24,000 bases of DNA, from assembly GCA_049603715.1 (NCBI GenBank), contig JBMYSW010000013.1, forward strand, positions 66,217 through 90,216, in the 5' to 3' direction. Position 1 is the stretch's first letter. Every line of letters starts with the position of its first letter. This document shows positions 1-9,100 of this stretch, piece after piece. The stretch is from Pontibacterium sp. (lineage in GTDB: Bacteria; Pseudomonadota; Gammaproteobacteria; Pseudomonadales; Balneatricaceae). Both the position numbers and the translations under genes were made by a program. The notes beneath the pieces were generated by a model. The model was given only the letters and a program-made list of their open reading frames with translations, made no database searches and had not been told where the DNA came from.

Positions 1-98
1 GTGGCTTCACTCACTTCGTCCGTTGAAACGGTGGTTTCAACGGGAGTGTCGACACTGGCATTAGTGATTGCTTCTTCTTTTACGTTTAATTCAGCCAT
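1..98 (-). CDS. 5' end of an unidentified gene that runs off the left edge of the window
   Basis: The reverse complement of 96-98 is ATG, preceded on the minus strand by GAGGG 5 nt upstream. It translates as MAELNVKEEAITNASVDTPVETTVSTDEVSEA and stays open to position 1. No family is recognisable from 32 aa. Confidence 0.35.
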   Translation of the reverse strand, partial: MAELNVKEEAITNASVDTPVETTVSTDEVSEA

Positions 99-235
99 AC
101 GGCCCTCGTACGATGCTCGGCGTTACGCCCTGTGAGGGCTGGATACTTTACAAGTTAGACCTAGTTATTCTATTCAGCCAATTTTTTAGCGAATTTTAAC
201 GGCATATAAAAAGATCATTTTTGACAAGGGAGAAG

Positions 236-263
236 TTGAAACATGCCTTCCTTGTGCTATACC
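236..263 (+). promoter_or_regulatory. candidate sigma70 promoter for the signalling operon
   Basis: TTGAAA (236-241), a 16-nt spacer, then an extended -10 TGcTATACC (255-263), about 65 nt upstream of the ATG at 328. A second TTGACA lies at 221-226. Motif match only. Confidence 0.3.
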
Positions 264-327
264 TCAGTAAGAACGGTCAATAATCAGCCGAGATATAGAG
301 TGCAGCCTAACCGATGTAAAGGGGCGT

Positions 328-2319
328 ATGGAAAAGATTCTGTTATTAGTGGATGACGAGCAGCCAGTATTAAAGTCGCTAAAACGACTCCTTCGAAGAG
401 AGCCTTATACCATCTTAACGGCAAGCGATGGTTTTGAGGCGCTCGAGGTTTTGGCTGAAAACGAAGTGCAAGTCGTTTTATCCGACTTCCGTATGCCGGG
501 GATGACCGGTGGAGAGCTTCTGAAAAAGGCGGTAGACCTCAAGCCCAGCATCGTAGGCATGCTTCTCAGTGGTCATGCTGATTTAGATCTGGTGATTGAC
601 TCGCTAAACAGTGGGGCTGTTCATCGCTTTATGTCGAAACCTTGGCAGGGGCCAGAGCTGCTTGAAGCGCTAGAGAATGCTTTTTTGCGTTGGCAGGATC
701 AACAGCACAGTATGAAAATGGCTCGAATGTCCGAGGCCATTCAAGACCCCTACATAGAAATTGATCAACTTGGTCATATCTATGCGTTTAATACGGCTGC
801 CACAAAGCTTCTTAGTGAGTTCGATAATGGAGAGCCCTTCGACAATATCACAGACTACTTCCCTGACTTGTCTGAACCTAAAGTAAAGCTTTTGTGCGGT
901 ATTGATGAAGTGCACCTTGAGTCGGTTATGGGTGAACAGCAAGAACGCTATGAAATTTACAGTAAGCACATTGAGTCATCTAGGTGGATGCTCCGTATTC
1001 GTCAGGTTTCTCAAATGGCGAAAGCCGGCGATGGAAACGAGCTTGATTCACTTGCGCTTAATCGTTCTCAAGTTTTGAATATGTTGTCCCGGTGGGGTAG
1101 TGGTGGCCGCCTAGAGAGTACGACAGTCATTTACATCGATTTGGTTAAGTTTCATGTAATCAACGACGGGTTGGGCTATCGCCTCGCTGACAAGCTATTA
1201 GCGGAAGCTGCGAAGCGTATGAGTGCGGTGTTGCCAGTTGAAGCGCGACTCGGGCACATGAACGCGGATGAGTTTGTCGTTTTGTTTCCTAATCGACTGG
1301 ACTTTGATGCGTGTAAGGGGTTTACGCAGTCATTGAAAGATGCATTTTGTGAGCCATTTAAGGTGGGTGGCCGAGAGCTTCGAATATCATTTAAAGCGGG
1401 CGTCGCTTGGGGTGATGAAAAAGCGGTGCCGGAAGACATTCTGCAGCAAGCGCATGTTGCGGTCACTAATGCCAAAACCGACAGTAACTCTGAAGCGATA
1501 ACAGCTTATCAAGTGCATATGAGTAAGCACCTTGATCAGGTTGTGTCTTTACAGTCAGACCTTTACTTGGCACTTGAGCGTAACGAGCTATCAGTCCACT
1601 ACCAGCCTAAAGTCGCAGCCAAAGATCACATGATCTGTGGAGCAGAGGCGCTTGTTCGTTGGCATCATCCTACCCATGGCTGGATTAGCCCCGGCGTTTT
1701 TATTCCCGTGGCAGAGGCTAGCGGATTAATTGATGTGATAGGGGAATGGGTGTTGCTCACGGCGTGCACACAGGCAAAAGTGTGGGAGCTGCAAGGCGTA
1801 CCCAGTGTTCCAATCTCGGTGAACTTGTCGGGCTATCAGCTCAGCCGAGACAACTTAGTTGCGCGCGTTAACCATATTCTGGGCTCGGCTGATTATGACC
1901 CATTGGCGATTCAGTTTGAGGTGACAGAAACCTTTTTAATGCAAGACCTCGATAAGAGTGAGCGTTTGTTACGTGGTTTGCGTGAACAAGGGATGAAAAT
2001 TGCTCTTGACGACTTTGGTACCGGTTACTCGTCACTCAACTACTTGAGTCGCTTGCCGATTGATACCTTAAAGATTGATAAGTCTTTCGTCGACAATATT
2101 GCTAAAAATGAGCAAGACAGTGCGTTAATCAAGCACATTATCGATATGTCCCACAGCTTGAATATTGATGTTGTGGCCGAAGGGGTAGAACAATCCGAGC
2201 AAGTTAACCTACTGACTCAACACGGGTGTGACTTGCTACAAGGTTTTCACTTTAGTAAGGCCGTGCCTGCGGATGAATTCAAACGTTTGCTCGTAGAGCA
2301 GCCGTTCACAAAAAAATAA
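328..2319 (+). CDS. response regulator with REC-PAS-GGDEF(degenerate)-EAL architecture; predicted c-di-GMP phosphodiesterase
   Basis: The N-terminal REC has VDDE, acceptor LSDFRMPG, LLSG and SKP. A PAS-like segment follows (IEIDQLGHIYAFNTAATKLL). The GGDEF position reads NADEF with no RxxD I-site. The EAL signatures are intact: EALVRW, SVNLS, EVTE, DDFGTGYSSL, KIDKSF, EGVE, QGF. The RBS is AAGGGG. Confidence 0.9.
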   Translation: MEKILLLVDDEQPVLKSLKRLLRREPYTILTASDGFEALEVLAENEVQVVLSDFRMPGMTGGELLKKAVDLKPSIVGMLLSGHADLDLVIDSLNSGAVHRFMSKPWQGPELLEALENAFLRWQDQQHSMKMARMSEAIQDPYIEIDQLGHIYAFNTAATKLLSEFDNGEPFDNITDYFPDLSEPKVKLLCGIDEVHLESVMGEQQERYEIYSKHIESSRWMLRIRQVSQMAKAGDGNELDSLALNRSQVLNMLSRWGSGGRLESTTVIYIDLVKFHVINDGLGYRLADKLLAEAAKRMSAVLPVEARLGHMNADEFVVLFPNRLDFDACKGFTQSLKDAFCEPFKVGGRELRISFKAGVAWGDEKAVPEDILQQAHVAVTNAKTDSNSEAITAYQVHMSKHLDQVVSLQSDLYLALERNELSVHYQPKVAAKDHMICGAEALVRWHHPTHGWISPGVFIPVAEASGLIDVIGEWVLLTACTQAKVWELQGVPSVPISVNLSGYQLSRDNLVARVNHILGSADYDPLAIQFEVTETFLMQDLDKSERLLRGLREQGMKIALDDFGTGYSSLNYLSRLPIDTLKIDKSFVDNIAKNEQDSALIKHIIDMSHSLNIDVVAEGVEQSEQVNLLTQHGCDLLQGFHFSKAVPADEFKRLLVEQPFTKK

Positions 2320-2352
2320 ATACAGTTTGCATGGCAAACATCTGGAGTACCT

Positions 2353-3489
2353 ATGGATGTGCCTAGGGTGTTGTTCATCGATGATGAACACAATGTACTA
2401 AATTCGCTCAGAAGGAGTTTGCGAAAAAACTATCGAGATTGGGATATTCGATACCTATCTGACGTGGGTGAAGTCAAACAGGCTCTGCAGCAGTTTGACC
2501 CTTGGATTGTGGTGAGTGAGTGGCACTTACCTGGTGATCCTAGCACCGCACTGCTTTCGCTTGCGGCCACCTATTGCCCTCAGTCTGTGCGAGTGCTGCT
2601 TTCCGGTGAAAGCTCTCAAACTATGGCGCTTGACTCAGTTAATACCGCTCATTTGATGATCCCAAAGCCTTACGAGCTAGATGTGATTTGTGAGGTGCTT
2701 GACCGTGCCCATAGCTTGCGCATGTTGCCCTTACCCGACGCCGTCCGTGCTTACATTGGCCAAATCACCAGCTTACCTTCCTTGCCTTCTAGCTATCAGG
2801 CGTTATCGAAAGAACTTGATAAAGAAGAGCCTGATATTACCCGCGTGAGCGAAATTATTAATGCAGATCCCGGCGTGCTCACCAAGGTGCTGCAAATCGC
2901 TAATTCAGCTTATTTTGGCTCGGTGAAAAAGATTTGTCGGGCGGAAGAAGCGGTGGTGCGCTTAGGGCTAGAAATGGTTAAGGGCATGGTATTAGTGGCA
3001 GGGCTTTTTCACTCCGTAAGCGAAGACCGGTCAGAGGCGTACAAGCGAATGCTGCTTGATGCGGTGAGTGTTGCGGGCGAATCCGCCAAGGCGGCCAAGC
3101 TATTGGGCGCGACGCGGGAGCGTGTAGAAGAAGCCTATCTTTGTGGCTTGCTGCATAACGTCGGGCGTTTGGTGTCGATGGAGTGTGAAGTTATCGACTG
3201 TGATGACCGGCCTGAGAACGAGTCCATGGATAGCTGTTGTGCTATTGGCGCTTATCTGCTGCAGCTGTGGTACTTTGATACCCCTATAATCAATGCGGTT
3301 TTATATTATAAACGCCCCTCGCGAGCGGCCGAAGGGGAGCTGCTTATTAGTAGTTTGCACCTAGGTTATGCAGCCACTCAGGTTGTTAAGCAAGGCGCTG
3401 ATTATAAAAGCGTTTTTGACCTTTCCTACCTTCAAAAAAATCAAATTAATGTAGAAATCTTAAAGCGAATCACTAGCCAAATGGCTTAG
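2353..3489 (+). CDS. receiver-like (Asp->Glu at the acceptor position) plus HDOD domain protein
   Basis: The REC-like N-terminus (FIDDEH, LLSGES, IPKP) aligns with the REC of the upstream gene, but the acceptor position reads VVSEWHLPG. The HDOD-type region reads LPSLPSSYQALSKELDKEEPDITRVSEIINADPGVLTKVLQIANSAYFG. The RBS TGGAG lies 6 nt upstream. Confidence 0.85.
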   Translation: MDVPRVLFIDDEHNVLNSLRRSLRKNYRDWDIRYLSDVGEVKQALQQFDPWIVVSEWHLPGDPSTALLSLAATYCPQSVRVLLSGESSQTMALDSVNTAHLMIPKPYELDVICEVLDRAHSLRMLPLPDAVRAYIGQITSLPSLPSSYQALSKELDKEEPDITRVSEIINADPGVLTKVLQIANSAYFGSVKKICRAEEAVVRLGLEMVKGMVLVAGLFHSVSEDRSEAYKRMLLDAVSVAGESAKAAKLLGATRERVEEAYLCGLLHNVGRLVSMECEVIDCDDRPENESMDSCCAIGAYLLQLWYFDTPIINAVLYYKRPSRAAEGELLISSLHLGYAATQVVKQGADYKSVFDLSYLQKNQINVEILKRITSQMA

Positions 3490-3607
3490 GCCTACTATGC
3501 TAAAGAGAAGCTTAGTGAGCAGGGGCCTAAACCAATGATTCTAAGGCGCACGAGTTGCTCTATTTTAAGCGATACAAGAATGTTCGATATGCACTTTGGA
3601 GGTATAA

Positions 3608-3973
3608 ATGCCAGTCGCGTTAACCGTATGTGATGACTCCGTAATGTCACGCAAGGGCGTTATGCGAGCCATTCCCAGTGAGTGGGATGTAACAATAACT
3701 CAAGCTGCTAATGGCTTAGAGGCGCTTGAAGCTGTTGCCCAAGGTAAAGCTGAAGTGCTGTTTTTAGATCTAACAATGCCAATTATGGACGGCTTGGAGG
3801 TGCTAGAGCGTCTACATAAAAATCAGTCGCCGACCAAGGTGATTGTAATTAGTGCAGATTTTCAGCCAGAGGTTTCTGAACGAGTGATAGAGCTGGGTGC
3901 CCTTGCTTTTATTCAGAAGCCAGTGAACGGCGATAAACTTCGCGAGGTGCTTGCGGCGGAGGGCTATCTATGA
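3608..3973 (+). CDS. CheY-like single-domain response regulator
   Basis: 121 aa with CDDS, acceptor FLDLTMPIMDG, VIVISAD and IQKP. The RBS GGAGG lies 5 nt upstream. The stop overlaps the next start (ATGA at 3970-3973). Confidence 0.9.
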   Translation: MPVALTVCDDSVMSRKGVMRAIPSEWDVTITQAANGLEALEAVAQGKAEVLFLDLTMPIMDGLEVLERLHKNQSPTKVIVISADFQPEVSERVIELGALAFIQKPVNGDKLREVLAAEGYL

Positions 3974-4596
3974 GCAGCGTTTCTGATAACGAAAAACAAG
4001 AACTCATTCAGGATGCGCTTCAAGAAATCCTCAATATTTCCATGGGGCAAGCAGCCAACAACTTGGCAAAGCTCATTGATACGCGGGTAGTTATTTCTAT
4101 CCCGAAGTTGCATTGGGTGAAGTACCGCCGTAACAGATTAGAGCCAAGTGCTATTGGTACCAATGAGCAGGGCACGTTGGCCCGTCAGTCATTTTTGGGT
4201 GGTGTTTCGGGTGAAATCATCGTGTGTTTTAAAGAAGACTCGCGACATCACCTATTAGCTGAAAGCTTGGGATATTCTGATAAGTTAAGCCGTGAGGAGC
4301 GCCAAGAGCTCACGCTTGAAATCACCAATATCTTGTGTGGAGCGTGCTTGAGGGGTTTGGCTGAACAGCTAGAAATAGACCTGAGCTTTGGTGCGCCCTC
4401 GATGCTAAGCCAAAACTCGACCGTGGCCGATTTTTTAAATAAACAAGAGCTCGTTTGGTCTGACGCTTTGTTTATGGAAATTCGCTTTGCGGTGGAAAGC
4501 ATTTCAATGAACACCGGCTTGTTAATCTGCATGTCTTCAGAGAACACCGATAAGCTTTTCGGAAAAATTGAAGAACTGTTCGGAGACGATCTATGA
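3970..4596 (+). CDS. CheC/CheX/FliY-family aspartyl-phosphate phosphatase (two-site, CheC-like)
   Basis: Two copies of the family motif D/S-X3-E-X2-N-X22-P can be counted directly. The first is D-ALQ-E-IL-N followed by 22 residues then P (DALQEILNISMGQAANNLAKLIDTRVVISIP). The second is E-LTL-E-IT-N followed by 22 residues then P (ELTLEITNILCGACLRGLAEQLEIDLSFGAP). There are ATGA overlaps with both neighbours. Confidence 0.8.
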   Translation: MSSVSDNEKQELIQDALQEILNISMGQAANNLAKLIDTRVVISIPKLHWVKYRRNRLEPSAIGTNEQGTLARQSFLGGVSGEIIVCFKEDSRHHLLAESLGYSDKLSREERQELTLEITNILCGACLRGLAEQLEIDLSFGAPSMLSQNSTVADFLNKQELVWSDALFMEIRFAVESISMNTGLLICMSSENTDKLFGKIEELFGDDL

Positions 4597-5888
4597 ATTC
4601 CATTTTCGAGCAAGTTGTTAGCCAAGTCAGTATGGGGGTATTGGTTATCGATACTGACTATGTGGTGGAATATGCGAACCAGTTCATGGTTGATAATCGT
4701 CATGGTGACGACGTCAACTTGGTGGGTAGCAACTTGTTTGAAGTCTTTCCTGAGCTTCCACGAAAGTGGTTGGAATCTCGGGTTAACTCTGTGGTCACAC
4801 TGGGCAATACCTCTTTTACTAGCTGGCAGCAGCGCCCTCACTTATTTAAGTTTGCCAATAGTCGCCCTATTACCGGCGCGGCAGACGAAATGTACCAGAG
4901 CTGCATGTTGTTTGCGCTGAAGCAATCGTCCAGCGATAAACCTCTCGTTTGCATCACCGTATCTGACACCACAGCAACGGCACTGATGCAGCAAAAGCTT
5001 GAAAAAGCGTTAGTCAGAATTGAGCGTGAAAAGCTCCACCAAAAAAAGCTAAATCGAAAGTTAGAAGAAGCGCAAAGCCAGCTTGTACAGTCAGAAAAAT
5101 TGGCGTCGGTGGGGCAGTTGGCAGCAGGCGTTGCACACGAAATCAACAACCCTGTTTGTTTTATCAAAGCTAACTTTTCTGCCTTAAAGGGCTACTTTGA
5201 CGACATGCTTGAAGTGTTAGAAGGCTACTCTGAAATCATAGAAAACACCGATGACCCGCGGCTAACCGAAGCCAAAAAAGAAATTTACGAGCGCTGTGAT
5301 ATGGCGTTTATTTTAGAAGAGCTGCCAGACATCGTAACTGAAACCTTTGAAGGCATTCAGCGAATAGAGGGGATTGTGGGCTCCCTAAAAGACTTCTCAC
5401 GTGTTGATAGCGACGAGTGGCAGTGGGCCGACCTAAATCACGGGATTGAAAGCACCCTCAAAATAGCGGCGCACGAGATTAAGTATGTTGTTAAAGAAGT
5501 AGATAAACGCTTTGGTGATTTACCAAAAGTGCATTGTTTGCAGGCGCAGCTTAATCAAGTATTTATGAACCTGATTGTTAACGCATGCCAAGCCATTGAA
5601 GCGGATGGGGTGATTCGTATTACCACTCGTTACGATGAACAAGGTAAGTGTGTCATCATTATTTTTGAAGACAATGGCTGCGGCATTTCAGAGAAAGATC
5701 AAGGCAAAATTTTTGATCCTTTCTTTACCACTAAAGACGTGGGTAAAGGGACAGGACTTGGGCTTTCGGTTTCATATGGAATTGTGCAAGCTCATCATGG
5801 TGATATATCAGTGGTGTCAAAACCTGGTGTGGGCACGCGCTTTACCGTGGTGTTGCCTGTTGACCCGAAAGAGGGCGAAGCGCCCTAA
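4593..5888 (+). CDS. cytoplasmic PAS-domain sensor histidine kinase
   Basis: N-terminal PAS (GVLVIDTDYVVEYANQF), a coiled linker, the H-box AAGVAHEINNPV, the N-box NLIVNACQA, G1 DNGCGI and G2 GKGTGLGLS. No hydrophobic TM segment and no receiver domain. Confidence 0.9.
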   Translation: MNSIFEQVVSQVSMGVLVIDTDYVVEYANQFMVDNRHGDDVNLVGSNLFEVFPELPRKWLESRVNSVVTLGNTSFTSWQQRPHLFKFANSRPITGAADEMYQSCMLFALKQSSSDKPLVCITVSDTTATALMQQKLEKALVRIEREKLHQKKLNRKLEEAQSQLVQSEKLASVGQLAAGVAHEINNPVCFIKANFSALKGYFDDMLEVLEGYSEIIENTDDPRLTEAKKEIYERCDMAFILEELPDIVTETFEGIQRIEGIVGSLKDFSRVDSDEWQWADLNHGIESTLKIAAHEIKYVVKEVDKRFGDLPKVHCLQAQLNQVFMNLIVNACQAIEADGVIRITTRYDEQGKCVIIIFEDNGCGISEKDQGKIFDPFFTTKDVGKGTGLGLSVSYGIVQAHHGDISVVSKPGVGTRFTVVLPVDPKEGEAP

Positions 5889-5940
5889 CATAACAACCTT
5901 TATGCAGTTATTTGCAGGGGCAATGTCTCAGTGTATTAAT

Positions 5941-5965
5941 AAAAGGCCGATAAGGCCTTTTTTTA
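5941..5965 (+). terminator. putative intrinsic terminator after the kinase gene
   Basis: AAAAGGCC / GATAA loop / GGCCTTTT followed by further Ts. The GC core is short (4 bp), so the call is modest. Confidence 0.45.
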
Positions 5966-6170
5966 TGTTATTTCAATATGCTAGGTGTATAAATCTGCAT
6001 TTAGGTACTACTGTTAAGGTAACACATGATGTAACAGTGGCAATGTGAGGTGGGCTCATGGCGCTGGTGTTACGAGGTGGTCCGCATAATAACAACAGTG
6101 TGCTCAAGTGCTTTCCATGATCCGAACAGGGGGAGAGAGCCCAAGGGTACAGCCCTGGAGGCCAAGGCAT

Positions 6171-9100
6171 ATGTTAGATCTCATTACGCTCACTAAATCG
6201 CAAATTATTGACCTTATCGCTGAGAAGCTGATCGACCGTGCTGGCGAAAGTCATGCAGAAGCCATGCGGGTGTTTGTAGATCAGTTTTTTTGTGTTAGCG
6301 CGCCCGACGAGCTGCGCCAATCTGACTTAGAATACCTCTGTGATAGTGCTTACTCATACTGGCAAGTCCAGTTTGATTTTGATGCGACAAAGCCAGATAT
6401 TCGGGTATTTAATCCAGACTTTGCAGAGCATGGCTGGCATTCAAAGCACACCATCGTGCAAGTACATATGGCTGATATGCCGTTTTTGGTTGATTCCATT
6501 CGTATGGAGCTGAACCGTCGTAACATCGGTATCTTTAGTATCAATAACTGTGTATTAGCCGTTGAGCGTCAAGGTACACAGTTAGTGAACCTGAGCCGAG
6601 CCAAAGACAAAACCAAAAATCAGAGCCTAGAGTCGATTATTCATATTGAGGTTGATCGACAAACCAAAGGTGAGCCTTTGGTAGACTTGGCCGATAGCCT
6701 TAAGGATATTTTGGCCGAGGTGGAAGACAGCGTTGGCGATTTTAAAGCCATGCTGAGCAAAGTCGAAACCGCAAAAGCTGACTTGGCCGGTGCCCGTAAA
6801 CAATTTGACGATGTTGACGAGCACAACGCCTTAATTGACTGGCTAGTAGATGATCACTTTATCTTTTTAGGTTACGAGTTTTTAACCAACGAAGGTGATA
6901 ACGACAAGCCAGCATTGAAGTGTGTGCCTGAGTCGCGCCTTGGCTTGCAAAAGCGCTATTACGAAACCCCCGACAGCTTGCAAGCAGAGCAAGACGCAGG
7001 GTTGCTAGATGAAGTATGTGTCTGTCGCTTTGGTAAAGACCGCTTTAAGTCGAGGGTTCACCGCCCAGCTTACCGTGACCTGATTGCTTTGAAAGCCTTC
7101 GACAAAAAAGGCAACTTTATCGGTAAGCATCGTTTTTACGGCCTATACACTTCTCCGGTCTTTGTAACACCGCCCCGTAAAATTCCAGTGATTCGAGAAA
7201 AAATCAAACAGATTTTGGATGATTGTGAGTTTGAGGTAGGCGGTCACAGTTATAAGGCTTTAGCACAAATTTTGACCGATATTCCTCGTGAAGAGTTGAT
7301 TCTTGCTAGTGTTGAAAAGCTAGAGGCAACCAGCCTAGGCATTTTTAACATGCAAGAGCGTCGTCAGGCCGGCTTATTTGTGCGTAAGGACTCAAGTAAG
7401 CGCTATTACTCCTGCTTGTACTACATTCCAACTGACCTTTACACCACTGAGCTTCGTAATCGTGTAGAGCATATTTTAAAGCAAGGCTTTGGTGCTCACG
7501 ACGTAGAAGCCACCGCGCAAATATCGCAAACCCTGCTGTCTCGAACACACTTCGTGTTGTATGTTGACCCAAGCAATCAAGGTGAGGTCGACCCTGCTCC
7601 TGTTGAAGCACGAGTGCTCGAGATTTCTCGCTCTTGGGAGGACGAACTGCAAAGCAGTTTAGCCGAAGCCTTGGGTGAAGAGCAGGGCAGTGTAGCGTAT
7701 CAAAATTACCGTGGTGGTTTTTCTGCGGCATACCAAGAGGCTTTCTCGCCGGGTAATGCAGTGACAGACATCCAACACTGCGAACAAGTCGATCATGAAT
7801 CGGGCTTGTTGATGCGTTTTTACATCAACCCCGACAACCAGAGCCAGACCCTGCGTTTTAAACTTTATAACCCTGTGGGTGCACTGGTGCTGTCTGATGC
7901 GATTCCGGTGCTTGAGAACTTTGGTTTGCGTGTGCTCTCAGAACATCCATTTGTGGTTCATACCCGTAGTGGAGAAACCTGCTGGATTAGCGACTTTGAA
8001 GTGACTCACAATCACGGTGACGCGTTGAACCTGGCGCAGTTTAAAAAGCCAATTGAAGACGCCTTTACTCAAATCTGGGCGGGTCGTGCGGTGAGCGACA
8101 AGTTTAATCGCTTGATCTTAAGTGCGCAGCTACATTGGCGTGATGCCGCCATGTTGCGGGCGATTAGTCGTTACATTAAACAGCTCAAGTTTGGTTACAG
8201 CCAGCCCTTTATGGCCGATGTGTTAGAGCGTAATGGCGATATTACCAAGGCCTTGGTTGCGCTATTTAAATGTCGTTTTGACCCAGCGGGTGACCAAAGT
8301 GAAACCCGTGCGGATGAGCTGCGCGCTCAGATTAGCGAAGCGCTCGATCAAGTGGCGAGCCTTGATGACGATAAGATTTTACGTCGTTTTGTCGATGTTA
8401 TTTCAGCGGTATCGCGAACTAACTTCTATCAAGTGGATGAGGACGGAGAGTACAAAGACTACTTCTCGTTTAAGGTCCACACCCAGTCTTTGGCAGACAT
8501 TCCTAAGCCTAAACCTAAATTTGAGATTTACGTTTATGCCCCTTGGATGGAAGGTGTTCACCTTCGTGCAGGTTCAGTTGCCCGAGGCGGCTTGCGTTGG
8601 TCGGACCGCGTCGAAGACTACCGCACCGAGGTGCTTGGCCTTGTTAAAGCACAGCAAGTAAAAAACTCGGTGATTGTGCCAACGGGCGCAAAAGGCTGCT
8701 TCATTTGTAAACAAATGCCAAGCAATGCCAGCCGTGAGGAAATGCAAGCGGAAGGCATTCGTTGTTATAAAACCTTTATTCGCGGCTTGTTGGATATTAC
8801 AGATAACCGCCGCGGCGACGAAATTATTCCACCGCAAAACGTGGTGCGCCACGACGGTGACGACCCATACCTAGTAGTTGCAGCCGATAAGGGCACGGCA
8901 ACCTTTTCAGACATTGCTAACGGCTTGGCCGAAGAGTATGGCTTTTGGTTGGGTGACGCTTTTGCCTCGGGTGGTAGCCAAGGTTACGACCACAAAGGCA
9001 TGGGTATTACGGCTAAAGGTGCTTGGGAATCGGTTAAACGCCACTTCCGTGAGTTTGGCGTTAATACTCAAACCGACGAATTTACCGTGGTGGGCATTGG

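Noticed and set aside
3482-3530. Inverted repeat TTAGGCC...GGCCTAA between the HDOD and cheY-like genes as a possible terminator
   Set aside because: The 7-bp arms are separated by a loop of about 31 nt and there is no T-run, so it is unlikely to terminate. The operon is treated as continuous, although an internal promoter cannot be excluded.
4248-4841. 197-aa minus-strand ORF antisense to the cheC-like and kinase genes
   Set aside because: It lies entirely inside two well-supported plus-strand genes, has no recognisable motifs and shows the low-complexity, Ser/Arg-rich composition typical of antisense frames.
5635-6048. 137-aa plus-strand ORF overlapping the 3' end of the kinase gene and the terminator
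   Set aside because: It is an alternative frame of a confirmed gene and reads through the terminator hairpin. No motifs were recognised.
6108-6170. Upstream start (MLSMIRTGGESPRVQPWRPRH) for the glutamate dehydrogenase gene
   Set aside because: There is no SD sequence, and the stretch contains the GGAGG that serves the ATG at 6171. The N-terminal extension looks non-native.
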